28,261 nt of DNA from Dehalococcoidia bacterium. Its GTDB lineage: Bacteria; Chloroflexota; Dehalococcoidia; E44-bin15. The stretch's first letter is position 1. Each line of letters starts with the position of its first letter. A program made the translations under genes and the position numbers. The stretch spans positions 1-28,261 of the forward strand of contig DAOUVR010000001.1 in assembly GCA_030667555.1 (NCBI GenBank), given 5' to 3'. Below are positions 9,357 to 17,986 of this stretch, one piece after another. Under the pieces are notes generated by a model. That model made no database searches and was not told where the DNA came from. It was given only the letters and a program-made list of their open reading frames with translations.

Positions 9357-10058
9357 CTAGCTCACGTAAAGAATCCTCTCACAATTACCACACTGCACCA
9401 GTTCTTGACTTGCTCTTGCCCGCTGTAACTCTCTCACCGGGAGGACAATTCTGCACCCCTGACACATGCCCTGTTCAACCTTGGCCACTGCCCTGCCCTG
9501 TTTCTTTGTCCTTAGTTCCTCATAAAGCCTCAGGCTCGCTGCATCAACCCTTGAGCCGAGATCTTTTCGCTTCTGTTCAAGGTTAGCCAAGTTAGTGCTT
9601 AACCTATCCTGCTCCCGGGAAAGCTCGGCCTGCTCCTCCTTCCAGCTTTTCTTAAGACTTTTTACCTTCTGGCTTATCATCGCCAAGTTCGCCTGTGCTG
9701 CGTCCATTTCAGTCATTATGTCAAGTACTTTATCCTCCTCTTCCCTCCGTCTCTTTTTGAGATGTTCCGCCTGCTCATGAAGGCTTGCCAGCTCTTTGGG
9801 GTTTTTCACCGTGCCACCATAAAGCTTCTGCTCTATAACGGCGACCTTCGTTCGCAGATCCTCCACCTCCCACTCCCCGGCTCGCTGGCTTGCATTTAGC
9901 TCATCAACGCAGTTCTTCTGTGTGGCAAGATTAGCGCGGGCCTCATCTAGAGCATGGCTCTGGCCTAATCGGCTCTGCACGTTAGACAGAGCTTCCCTTT
10001 TCGCCTCTATCTCCAGGTCAACTTCTTGAAGCTCATATAGCTGCCTTCCTTTGCTCAC
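9357..10058 (-). CDS. C4-type zinc ribbon domain protein (coiled coil plus CxxC...CxxC)
   Basis: LYELQEVD, LYGG.VKNPKEL, long coiled coil, CQGCRIVLP...CGNCERIL. GTG at 10058 with upstream GAGGA is preferred over 10073, which would overlap the promoter's start site. Confidence 0.88.
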   Translation of the reverse strand: MSKGRQLYELQEVDLEIEAKREALSNVQSRLGQSHALDEARANLATQKNCVDELNASQRAGEWEVEDLRTKVAVIEQKLYGGTVKNPKELASLHEQAEHLKKRRREEEDKVLDIMTEMDAAQANLAMISQKVKSLKKSWKEEQAELSREQDRLSTNLANLEQKRKDLGSRVDAASLRLYEELRTKKQGRAVAKVEQGMCQGCRIVLPVRELQRARASQELVQCGNCERILYVS

Positions 10059-10076
10059 CTCACATCCTCTCACCTC

Positions 10077-10105
10077 ATTCTAATTTAGGGTGGGGGGGCT
10101 GTCAA
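10077..10105 (-). promoter_or_regulatory. Near-consensus sigma70 promoter for the Zn-ribbon/recombinase/rnhA/rnpB/birA unit
   Basis: Minus strand TTGACA-17 nt-TAGAAT. Confidence 0.75.
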
Positions 10106-10110
10106 TAACA

Positions 10111-10142
10111 ACAACAAAAATCCCCCTGATAAGTGAGGGGGA
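10111..10142 (-). terminator. Intrinsic terminator after tRNA-Ile2
   Basis: Stem TCCCCCT/AGGGGGA with 8-nt loop, followed by TTTTTGTTGT on the minus strand, about 10 nt after the tRNA CCA. Confidence 0.7.
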
Positions 10143-10151
10143 AGCATTACA

Positions 10152-10226
10152 TGGTGGGCTCGGCAGGATTCGAACCTACGACCAATCGGTTATGAGCCGA
10201 TCGCTCTGCCACTGAGCTACGAGCCC
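10152..10226 (-). tRNA. tRNA with CAT anticodon, most likely tRNA-Ile2 (lysidine)
   Basis: GGGCTCG acceptor, AGCTCAGTGG D arm, ATCGG-CTCATAA-CCGAT anticodon arm, GGTTCGAATCC T arm, encoded CCA. The GGCTCATAACCG context resembles Ile2 rather than elongator or initiator Met; isotype is inferred. Confidence 0.9.
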
Positions 10227-10315
10227 CTGACGACAACACTGTGGCTAAGTTTAAGCTAACCACATCATCCTAGATGAGCGTTAGTTTATTAACAATATCT
10301 CTGATCAACACCAAA

Positions 10316-10344
10316 ATGCTACCACTTTCGCCCAACATTGGCAA
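10316..10344 (-). promoter_or_regulatory. sigma70-type promoter for the tRNA
   Basis: Minus strand TTGCCA-17 nt-TAGCAT with extended TG. Confidence 0.5.
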
Positions 10345-10480
10345 TAGGTTATACTCGTTTATGAAACCTCACTCCATCCTTACGATACCTGCTTCGCAGC
10401 GTTCTCGTCATTCTTGCATGCCCTCTCGCCCTGGGATGTGCTTACAGGGGACACTCCCTGACCTCGGTCAGAAGGGAAGA

Positions 10481-10542
10481 CCCTTCGACAGGCTCAGGGC
10501 AAACGGAGTATCGGAATCCGCAAGGCGGACAGGGCGAACGGA
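10481..10542. repeat. REP-like element (partial copy) with internal direct repeat
   Basis: cccttcgacaggctcagggcaaacgga (10481-10507) matches 23846-23872 at 26/27. cagggc(a/g)aacgga recurs at 10530-10542, flanking the hairpin tccgc-aag-gcgga. Confidence 0.7.
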
Positions 10543-10705
10543 ATAGTGGGGGCGTTCAATTGAAAGCCACTACTGGGATGGCTAACTTCGTTTGGGACAA
10601 GCCTCGCAATAGCGGGAAGATGTCATTCATATATCTAAACAAGATTAGAGTTTTATTTGCTTTGCGATTAGCGCTGCGGGGCTAATAGTGGGATTACAAC
10701 GATTC

Positions 10706-11548
10706 TCAGCTTTCTTGTGAGGTGGAGCGTTTTGCAGCGAAGCGATGGGTGAACGTTTGGCCAAACCCCATAGTTGTTTTATAGCCCACGCCGCTGTAAA
10801 AGGCGAATTCCGCCAACAGGTTTATAACCCTAAGCCAGTAAGCGTCATGCCTCAGCGCGACATACGAGCACGAACCTATGAAACCTACCTGTTTGCCTCC
10901 GGCAATTTCTACCGTACGTGTTTTGAGCTGACATTGGGATATTGCCACACATTCCTCGGCGTAACGCCTTACCTCCCTGGAGATGGTGATTGGTGACACC
11001 GCATTCCATCGGTCGGCCAGGCTGCCAAACACCAATCCTGGAAGCGGCAGAGGCACATTCTTCCCCCCCGACCTAAATGTAGTAGGCGAGGTGAAAAAGA
11101 GCTTGACCCTTCTGGGGGCGCTTCTGGCTTCAAGCAAATGCCCTTGAGCTAGCTCCTGATAGGAGGTTCGTCTGCTCAAGGGATGAGCGCCGCTTTCCAT
11201 GAAAACATCCTTGACTGAAAAGAGGGTGTTCTCCAGTTCAAACTCCTGAGGCAGCGATGGCAGCACTTTGTCAGCCAGCAGGCTTGAGAGACCGTCCTCA
11301 TAGCTGGTGAAGCGCAATATGCAAGCCTGGCCAGCATTGATACGAACTGTTTCTCTCCTCCCATGTAGGCCCATAAGGCCCGACACAGTGAAGGGCTTGG
11401 CCTCACTATCATCGTGTAGCTTGGCTCCCATCATGGGGTCAGCAGTGGCCACAAGTCGAAGAAATAGCGCGTGCGCTGCCTTGCCCAGGTAGGGGGACAA
11501 CAATGCTTCCTTGCGGACTTGTAGCGCGATGACGGCGCTTAGCAGCAT
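10706..11548 (-). CDS. cas6: CRISPR-associated endoribonuclease Cas6
   Basis: GKAAHALFL, KPFTVSGL, F.SPTTFRSGG, P.PGLVFGSLADRWN, GFIG, and G-rich loop FYSGVGYKTTMGFGQ. Confidence 0.95.
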   Translation of the reverse strand: MLLSAVIALQVRKEALLSPYLGKAAHALFLRLVATADPMMGAKLHDDSEAKPFTVSGLMGLHGRRETVRINAGQACILRFTSYEDGLSSLLADKVLPSLPQEFELENTLFSVKDVFMESGAHPLSRRTSYQELAQGHLLEARSAPRRVKLFFTSPTTFRSGGKNVPLPLPGLVFGSLADRWNAVSPITISREVRRYAEECVAISQCQLKTRTVEIAGGKQVGFIGSCSYVALRHDAYWLRVINLLAEFAFYSGVGYKTTMGFGQTFTHRFAAKRSTSQES

Positions 11549-11652
11549 TTCTTTTCGTTACCTCCAGTGAGCTTCTATGCCTAGTGAACTAGGATCCCCT
11601 TCTGACTATTAACGTCCTTTCTCGCAGCCAGCTATGACTTTGAGGCTGTTTC

Positions 11653-12765
11653 TCAAACACTTTGACGGCCGTCAACGCCTTGCAGGCTCATTCTCACCCA
11701 GCCGAGCGGTTCTCTAGCCTGCCCATCTCCAACGAGCCGCCTGGTCTTGGGGAAGACTTTGGGGAATAGCGAGCCCTGCCACTTCTCCAGGTGATAGGTC
11801 TCGACAACCATGCTTACCTCAGCAGAGGTCAACTTGGTCCCCAGGGTCTTGCCCAACCAACCGGTGCCCCAACCGATGGGCAGGAGGAATTCGCCAGACT
11901 GCAGTGAAGCCTGCCTCCTCGCCAACGCCTCGTAGAACCCCTGCAACTTCCAGATGCCGCAATCGCTGTAGAATTGAAGTTCGAGCTTGACTATCTCTGC
12001 GGAGAAGGCACGACAGCGTTCCACCAACTGGTCGAAAAAGTGTCGCCTGCGAAAGTGATACATTCGCCGCACCCTGCGTTCAGGCCGAAGAATATATCTA
12101 TCCAGAGTCAGGGCAGCCTCAATGGCGGTCCCTTTAGGGATCACCTCCAAAAAAGTTGGCTCTCCCCTTGGTTTGAGAGAAGGTGGCTGACCGCAAAGCG
12201 AAAAGACGGTGACCGGCAGTGCTCTGGGCATGACACCATCCTGTGGGTATGCGTCGGTTAACCGCAGGGCACGTAGCAGGTCGCGATGGCTGTCCCTCGG
12301 GTCGTAGTCGAATAGCCCCGCCTCCACCGAGTCATCGGCCTTTCTGGGGTCATTGCGCTCACCCAGCCCGCCCAGCGTGAGTGCGCCGTGGTGGGCGGAC
12401 CAGGCCAGGGCTGTGCGCAGCGCCCCCTTTATCGAGCTTCCGGGAATGTAAAGCCTGTCAAAGGCGTCCTTTACGTGCTCGCGAATATGGTCAGGGTGCC
12501 CTGCGGCGATATCTATCTCATAGGCTTTGACTCGCTCTATCTCCTCTGGGGTCAGCAGAAGGCTCAGCCTCGGATCCACTGCTGCCGCTGTGCGCCTCTT
12601 GTCGTCTATCTCCCCCAGCAGCCGATTCAGGTTCACTACCAGTGCCCGGTTCCCCTCCACAATGAAATCGTAGTCCTGGAGCAACTCACCTTTCCCTGAG
12701 CCGATGTGAATGGGTGAGAGGGTCTCCAGGGTCAGCCGATAGGTGCTGTGCAGCTCACGGCTCAT
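11653..12765 (-). CDS. csm5: Type III-A CRISPR RAMP protein Csm5
   Basis: LETLSPIHIGSG, DF.VEG, YIPGSSIKGALRTAL, LRALRLTD, LPIGWGTGWLGKT; position after csm4. Confidence 0.92.
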   Translation of the reverse strand: MSRELHSTYRLTLETLSPIHIGSGKGELLQDYDFIVEGNRALVVNLNRLLGEIDDKRRTAAAVDPRLSLLLTPEEIERVKAYEIDIAAGHPDHIREHVKDAFDRLYIPGSSIKGALRTALAWSAHHGALTLGGLGERNDPRKADDSVEAGLFDYDPRDSHRDLLRALRLTDAYPQDGVMPRALPVTVFSLCGQPPSLKPRGEPTFLEVIPKGTAIEAALTLDRYILRPERRVRRMYHFRRRHFFDQLVERCRAFSAEIVKLELQFYSDCGIWKLQGFYEALARRQASLQSGEFLLPIGWGTGWLGKTLGTKLTSAEVSMVVETYHLEKWQGSLFPKVFPKTRRLVGDGQAREPLGWVRMSLQGVDGRQSV

Positions 12766-13808
12766 CGAAATCCTCCCCCTCTCTGAACTCCAATAGGGAA
12801 GGCAAACCCGTAGCGGTACACAGGGTGCTTCTGGGGCTCCAGTTCCGGTGTAACATCTACCAGTTCCCCATAGCTAGGCTTGCCCAAGGAGCACAGCACA
12901 GACCCTTCACCGATGAAGCTAGCGGACTTGCGCCTCTGCCCCGCTCGCTCCGGGGAGTTCACCCACCCACCCCACTGAGTAAGCTCGTAGGCAGCGTGTC
13001 CATCTAGGACGCCGGCCTCTAGTTCTTGCAGTGAGGGGTGATAAAGCGAAAGGGTGATGAACGAATCTCCATCTGTAGGCCAGAATGGCGCAAATGGGCT
13101 GGCGGACTCGAACGAAAACTGGCCATAACCAGCGCTCCTTTCGCCACCAAGTCCAGCCTCAGATAAATAGTGTAGTGCGCTTTCCACAAGCCTTTTTGAA
13201 GCAGGGTCTTCAACTTCGAGAAGGAAATAGAGACCACAGCCAGGGGAGAAACCAACCTGTGCGGCATAATAGCTATGTGAAGCCACACCCAGTCGATCCA
13301 CGGCAACCTTGGGCACGGTGTGACGCCGCCACAGGATAGGTTCATCTCCCGCTAGCGGCAAGGCGGTGCGCTCCTGCTGTGTAAGCCATACCCTTCCACC
13401 CTGACAAAAGTTATCCCTAACCAGATGCCCGTCCAGGGGCTCGCTACGAAGTATGGGTTCCAAGATACCCTGGGAGATGAAGCGTACGTCTTTAAGCCGA
13501 ACACTTCCCTTTTCTTCGGTTTCTCTCTCAAGGGGTAGATTGACCATGGGATTGGGGAAAAGAAGCACCTCGCCAGCATAGGGGAACAGGGAGGTGATTC
13601 TGAAAGGTGGCTGCTCCTGAAACTGGGAGAGAAGCTCAACCAACGCATTCTCGCCCTCCCACATTCTCACACCTATGGCCAAAGCGCCAAAAAATGAATC
13701 GGAATGGAAGACTTCGTCCGTAGCCTCAATGCCCAGACTCGCTTCACCGAAGTGAAAGGCCGAGCGGGGCTTAAGCTTGTAGAGCCATATCTCTGCCATG
13801 GTCAACAT
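12762..13808 (-). CDS. csm4: Type III-A CRISPR RAMP protein Csm4
   Basis: FHFGE, FHSDSFFGAL, FRITSLFPY, PKVAVDR, GLGGERSAGYGQF, HPVYRYGFAFP. Confidence 0.94.
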   Translation of the reverse strand: MLTMAEIWLYKLKPRSAFHFGEASLGIEATDEVFHSDSFFGALAIGVRMWEGENALVELLSQFQEQPPFRITSLFPYAGEVLLFPNPMVNLPLERETEEKGSVRLKDVRFISQGILEPILRSEPLDGHLVRDNFCQGGRVWLTQQERTALPLAGDEPILWRRHTVPKVAVDRLGVASHSYYAAQVGFSPGCGLYFLLEVEDPASKRLVESALHYLSEAGLGGERSAGYGQFSFESASPFAPFWPTDGDSFITLSLYHPSLQELEAGVLDGHAAYELTQWGGWVNSPERAGQRRKSASFIGEGSVLCSLGKPSYGELVDVTPELEPQKHPVYRYGFAFPIGVQRGGGFR

Positions 13809-14624
13809 TTACCAGGAGAACGTCTGGCGTAACCAGTTCATCGCCTCCTCTTCCTTAACAATGAGTTCTCTCAGGGACAACCCCTTCTCGAAGGTCTTCT
13901 CCTCCAGATACCGCTCGCGGGTGCGGACGGTCAGTGAAAGCTCCTGGAAAGCGATCTTGCCACTGCCCCGGGTTCCCAGGCCACCGAGATAGTCATCCTC
14001 CAGAAACTGCATAGCGTCCAGCAGGTGCAGGAAACGGTCCACATCGGATTCCTCGTACACGTTGTAAACCAGTTCCAAGGGGGCAAAGATGGCGCCGGCA
14101 GGCACCCGCTCGACCTGGCGGGGAGTAGCCGCCGCGGTAACCCGGTCAAGGGATGTTTCCCATTTGACCTCGGTGAAGGGGAGTTCAGTCCTGGTCCTGG
14201 CCAGCCTTTGTGCGCTGTTCTCGTCAAGGGGCACATCCCGCACTATGAGGCGGGTTGGTAGCACGGCAAACCCTGCCGGTATGCCAAAGATGGGACAGAC
14301 CTGACAGTTTAAGTAGGCTTCTTCGTCGGGTATTCTGTTTCCCTTTTCGTCAAACTTGTAACAGGCATGGATACGAACTCCACCCATTGCCCATTGTTGA
14401 GATTTGTTATAGTGCTTTTCCAGCAGGGAGCGCAATTTTCCCTTTAGCGAGGAGCCGGGGATGTAGGGGCGGTTGGTAAGAGGGTCGCGCACCACAGGAT
14501 TGTCCAAACCGCCAATGGCTAAAGCTCTCCTTGCCGATCTGATGTGGAGGCCGGTTACGATTTCTATGCTGCCGGTGATAAATATCCTTCCATGCAACTG
14601 GATTTTACGTTCGGTTTCTGTCAT
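13809..14624 (-). CDS. csm3: Type III-A CRISPR backbone RNase Csm3
   Basis: TGLHI, IGGLDNPVVRDPLTNRPYIPGSSLKGKLRS (catalytic Asp retained), C..C Zn insert, EVKWE..LDR.T.AA.PRQVERVPAG, DDYLGG.GTRGSGK. Confidence 0.96.
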   Translation of the reverse strand: MTETERKIQLHGRIFITGSIEIVTGLHIRSARRALAIGGLDNPVVRDPLTNRPYIPGSSLKGKLRSLLEKHYNKSQQWAMGGVRIHACYKFDEKGNRIPDEEAYLNCQVCPIFGIPAGFAVLPTRLIVRDVPLDENSAQRLARTRTELPFTEVKWETSLDRVTAAATPRQVERVPAGAIFAPLELVYNVYEESDVDRFLHLLDAMQFLEDDYLGGLGTRGSGKIAFQELSLTVRTRERYLEEKTFEKGLSLRELIVKEEEAMNWLRQTFSW

Positions 14625-14633
14625 TGCACTCCC

Positions 14634-15134
14634 CTAGTCCCTGCCGCCGTGGTAGCGGTGATATGCGACAATGGCCTCAAAGAAATTCACTAAGCGCCTG
14701 AAGGAGTTGTAACGCTCCGTCCCTCCCATATTCGCCTTTTCCCCTGCCTCTGGCTCGTCTGGTTGCTCCAACACGATGTCAATAACGCGGCAAATGACCT
14801 CTCGCAGCTCCTCCACAGGAAATACATCCTGTCCATCCAGTGTTTCCTTCACTTTCTTTGACTGATATGCCAGCTTGGGCTTCAGCAGACGGAGCTCCCG
14901 CTGTGCTTCAGCCGCACTAGAGGGCCAGGTCATCTCGATCATATGAATATCACCGAGGATACCTCGTATTTGATGCGTGGCCAGGTTCATTTCTTTTAGC
15001 TTCCTACCTACACGCTCGGCGCAGTTTACCAGCACCTCGGCATCTCCATCGACAATGATCTTGCGCATTTCCGCTGAAGACACCAGTTTCTTTTGTGGCT
15101 GAGACTCTGCTGAAGACCCTTTCACCTGCGTCAT
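14634..15134 (-). CDS. csm2: Type III-A CRISPR small subunit Csm2
   Basis: THQIR, LKPKLAY, F..LVNFFEAIVAYH. ATG at 15134 with GGAGGG RBS overlaps the cas10 stop (ATGA), so it is preferred over 15167. Confidence 0.93.
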   Translation of the reverse strand: MTQVKGSSAESQPQKKLVSSAEMRKIIVDGDAEVLVNCAERVGRKLKEMNLATHQIRGILGDIHMIEMTWPSSAAEAQRELRLLKPKLAYQSKKVKETLDGQDVFPVEELREVICRVIDIVLEQPDEPEAGEKANMGGTERYNSFRRLVNFFEAIVAYHRYHGGRD

Positions 15135-17551
15135 AGTCCCTCCGTGCGAGTGAGCAGTTTCACCCACCGTGCCGCCAGTGCTATCTGAGGAAGCTCAACT
15201 GACAGGCGCGGGGCTTGCATTAGAGCTTCCCTTATATCTGCCAGTTGGGCTTGGGCCGGGCCTTCTACCCGTTCCATCATGCGGGAAAGATGGTAGGCTG
15301 CGTGCCACATCCAGGGGCCGTAGTGAATCGTTGGCCCATGGAACAGCCGCCTGTCGGCGTTCATCGTCTGTCCTTCGAGGTAGCTTTGGTGAAGCTCCAT
15401 TAATAGATTAAGCAGAGTTCGAGGCGCCTTACCCTGTTCCATCCGTCCATCGATGGCTATTATATCCTTCAAGATATCGCGCCACTCTCTCACCTTCTGA
15501 AACTGTGACCAGTTGAGCGTCTGGCCGAGGAAGGTGAAGGCGTTCTTCCCCGGCATTCGCTTGGCGCCGCTCTCCAAAGATTCTGTGGCTGCTTCAATTA
15601 GTTGATACAGAGGGAAGTGGGGGTCATCAACTGTCGTCCCGCCCGAGATGTGCACCAAGGGGTTGCAGCAAGTAAACTCTGAAAAGTCGCGGTGTATATT
15701 CCAGGCAAGCTCGGCTATCTCACTCCAGCTGATGGTGACAAGAAGGTCATCACCTCCGGTATAGATGGCGTAGACCTTGTCTTTTCCGTCATGGGGGTTC
15801 CTCGTCGCACACACGCTATTCAGCCAGCCCTCGAAGAAGAGACGGAGAAGGAAACTCATTGAAGAGACTCTGGATATGCTGGCATCTTCGCCGAGCCCAT
15901 GTTGGAAAAGCCATCCCACGTCGTCCACATCCATGCGCAGGACACCCAATAAAGGCACCCCTTCAGATGCCTGAGCAATGGTCTCAAAGTCCGCAATCTC
16001 TGCAGGCTCCTCCTTCTTTCGTGGTGATGCCTGGGCTAGAAGGCGAAAGCCAAGCGCTGGTGGATTCTTTGCTGCCTTGATAGCATTGACTACCTCGGTG
16101 CTCAGAAAGTCAGTGGAGTTCAGTTTCAGCAATGTCGCCCCTGGGCCGAGCCTATTCAAATCCACCTGATGGGGTTCATCCAGGAGCCTCACTACAAAGC
16201 CCAGACCAAAGAAGAAGAGCTTCTGCCATCCTTGAACCTGAACATCTTGCTGACCCTCTTGTCTGGGGGCGATAAGGAGATAGTTGGCATCCGCCAGTTG
16301 CTCTCCCAGGTGTTTGAGAGAATGGCACAGGTCACATTCTCTCTCTTCTCCCTCTCCGAGCTTATGGCGCGCATCCTCAGCTCCGCACACCGCGCATATG
16401 TCTGCAGGTTCTCTGGCACCTTTTGGTTTGAGAATCTCTTCATAGAATTCCCCTGGTGCCAGGTCGCCAAATGGCCGCCGCTTTGCCCAGCCAAGCTTTT
16501 TGTGGACACCAGCCCATGCTTCGGAGAAATGGCCGAAGTCCTGCGGGCACAGTTCTTGAGTTGTGAGAGCCAGGCACAGTCCATCGCGGTGATGCTTCAA
16601 TAACGCCTGTGAAAAATCTCTACGCAGCGATGATAGTGTCTGACCGTCGACGTGGTGTGCCAGAATATAAAAGTGCCCCCCGCCAGCATAGAGCAGGTTG
16701 ACGGTGTAGAGCCCTAACTGGCGTAACAGCCACAGGGCTGCTACCTCAGTCAGGAGTTCCAGGTAAAAGGAGCGCCCGCGAAGCCCTTTGGCTACCCCCT
16801 TGGAAGTCTGCGTGTAGAGGAAACGCTGCACGCCGCAAATATCACCGCCTATCAGTGACAGACATGGTTTCTCTTTCGCCGCATCAGAGCTGCCCGCGAG
16901 CAGTAAATCCACCTCAGCCTCAGAGATGCCGGAACGATACAGGCTAAGGGCGATGGCACAGGTGGTGCGGAGATGGTCAAACAGCGAGACATCGGGGATG
17001 TCCGCATTGTAGGCGCTGGGGATGCACCAGGTGAACTTGCACAGAAGGTGATAAAACGTATTGATGAGTGCTGGGAAATCTGTCCCATACAGCCCCGTGA
17101 CCGCTGCCGTTTCTCGGATAAAATTATCCCACAGTTCAGTGTAGGACTTCTCTGGTTCCTTGTCTGTATCTTGCTTGGGAAAGATAGTGTCCCTGTGGAG
17201 ATCCAACGGCTTTAAAGGAAAGTAGAAGGGGCTGCTATCGGTACCAACCTTTGAGAAGACGGACAGGAGCTGTTTGACAGCGGGGTTGCCCTCCTCCTGG
17301 TGTTCTCTTTCTAGGGACGATAGATGGTCTGCAAGCTGAATCAACTTGCTCAAGTAACCGTCAGGTCGGTTATGTGCCGAGGCCAGGCTGGCACTTTGGC
17401 TCCATTTCTGGCCAAAATGGTCCAGGATAAACTGGCGTGAGAGTAGGGCATGGGCCCGGTCCTTCTGTTCGAGCGGGTGAGAAGTTCGCTGCCAGAACTT
17501 CCCTACATCGTGGAGCAAAGCAGCAAGAACGAGGCTCTCTTCTTGGGACAT
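15131..17551 (-). CDS. cas10: Type III-A CRISPR Cas10/Csm1 with HD nuclease and Palm cyclase domains
   Basis: N-terminal LAALLHDVGKF (HD), IPDVSLFDHLRTTCAIA, GGDICGVQRF, LRGRSFYLELL, YAGGGHFY, CxxC..CxxC, LRMDVDDVG and intact YTGGDDL. RBS GGAG. Confidence 0.97.
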   Translation of the reverse strand: MSQEESLVLAALLHDVGKFWQRTSHPLEQKDRAHALLSRQFILDHFGQKWSQSASLASAHNRPDGYLSKLIQLADHLSSLEREHQEEGNPAVKQLLSVFSKVGTDSSPFYFPLKPLDLHRDTIFPKQDTDKEPEKSYTELWDNFIRETAAVTGLYGTDFPALINTFYHLLCKFTWCIPSAYNADIPDVSLFDHLRTTCAIALSLYRSGISEAEVDLLLAGSSDAAKEKPCLSLIGGDICGVQRFLYTQTSKGVAKGLRGRSFYLELLTEVAALWLLRQLGLYTVNLLYAGGGHFYILAHHVDGQTLSSLRRDFSQALLKHHRDGLCLALTTQELCPQDFGHFSEAWAGVHKKLGWAKRRPFGDLAPGEFYEEILKPKGAREPADICAVCGAEDARHKLGEGEERECDLCHSLKHLGEQLADANYLLIAPRQEGQQDVQVQGWQKLFFFGLGFVVRLLDEPHQVDLNRLGPGATLLKLNSTDFLSTEVVNAIKAAKNPPALGFRLLAQASPRKKEEPAEIADFETIAQASEGVPLLGVLRMDVDDVGWLFQHGLGEDASISRVSSMSFLLRLFFEGWLNSVCATRNPHDGKDKVYAIYTGGDDLLVTISWSEIAELAWNIHRDFSEFTCCNPLVHISGGTTVDDPHFPLYQLIEAATESLESGAKRMPGKNAFTFLGQTLNWSQFQKVREWRDILKDIIAIDGRMEQGKAPRTLLNLLMELHQSYLEGQTMNADRRLFHGPTIHYGPWMWHAAYHLSRMMERVEGPAQAQLADIREALMQAPRLSVELPQIALAARWVKLLTRTEGL

Positions 17552-17594
17552 ATCATCTCCGCAATGAGCCCAACCAGGGCCATGGGGTTACCAA

Positions 17595-17629
17595 ATTATC
17601 GCAAGCCCTCGATGAGATGTCAACTTGAC
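17595..17629 (-). promoter_or_regulatory. Promoter of the cas10-csm-cas6 operon with a palindrome over the -35 box
   Basis: Minus strand TTGACA-17 nt-GATAAT (17623-17595). Inverted repeat GTCAA-C-TTGAC at 17619-17629 overlaps the -35. Confidence 0.65.
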
Positions 17630-17647
17630 CGACACGGTAAGAGCTAG

Positions 17648-17848
17648 ATGAGCATGAGAACAAAGATAAAGGAATACCGAGCCAAGCAGAACTTGACGCA
17701 GGAACGACTGGCCGAGATGGTAGGCGTAAGACGGGAAACTATTATCTTTTTGGAACAGGGGAAATATAATCCTTCTCTTAAGCTAGCTCACAATGTGGCT
17801 AATGCTATGCAAACTACTATCGACGAGATACTCATTTTTGGTGATTAG
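17648..17848 (+). CDS. XRE/Cro-family helix-turn-helix transcriptional regulator
   Basis: [41 protein letters not shown] is a typical HTH_3 pattern. Confidence 0.88.
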   Translation: MSMRTKIKEYRAKQNLTQERLAEMVGVRRETIIFLEQGKYNPSLKLAHNVANAMQTTIDEILIFGD

Positions 17849-17986
17849 TGTTAAACATGGTATACTACCATATAGTGTGCTCTGAGCCCAGCCAGGTCGA
17901 TTTGGACGGGAAGCAGAAAGGGTAGTAAAGGAGGCTGAGGCGATCATCTGGAGGCTTCTGAGAAATACTATTAAGGAGGAAGAAGG

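Noticed and set aside
7941-10226. Recombinase plus tRNA-Ile2 as an integrated mobile island
   Set aside because: No duplicated tRNA 3' end was seen, the neighbours are core genes (rnhA, rnpB, birA) and the recombinase lacks catalytic residues.
10274-10546. 90-aa ORF on the + strand between tRNA and cas6
   Set aside because: It overlaps the tRNA promoter and REP hairpins, has no RBS and no protein-like motifs.
11590-11620. GTCAGAAGGG in the csm5-cas6 spacer (minus strand), matching 10467-10476
   Set aside because: A 10-nt match on the opposite strand without supporting flanking similarity is compatible with chance.
10227-17647. An intact CRISPR array adjacent to the cas genes
   Set aside because: No near-identical 28-40-nt direct repeats were seen in 10227-10705, 11549-11652 or 17552-17647, or elsewhere in the window. 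Only the weak relic signal reported as a finding.
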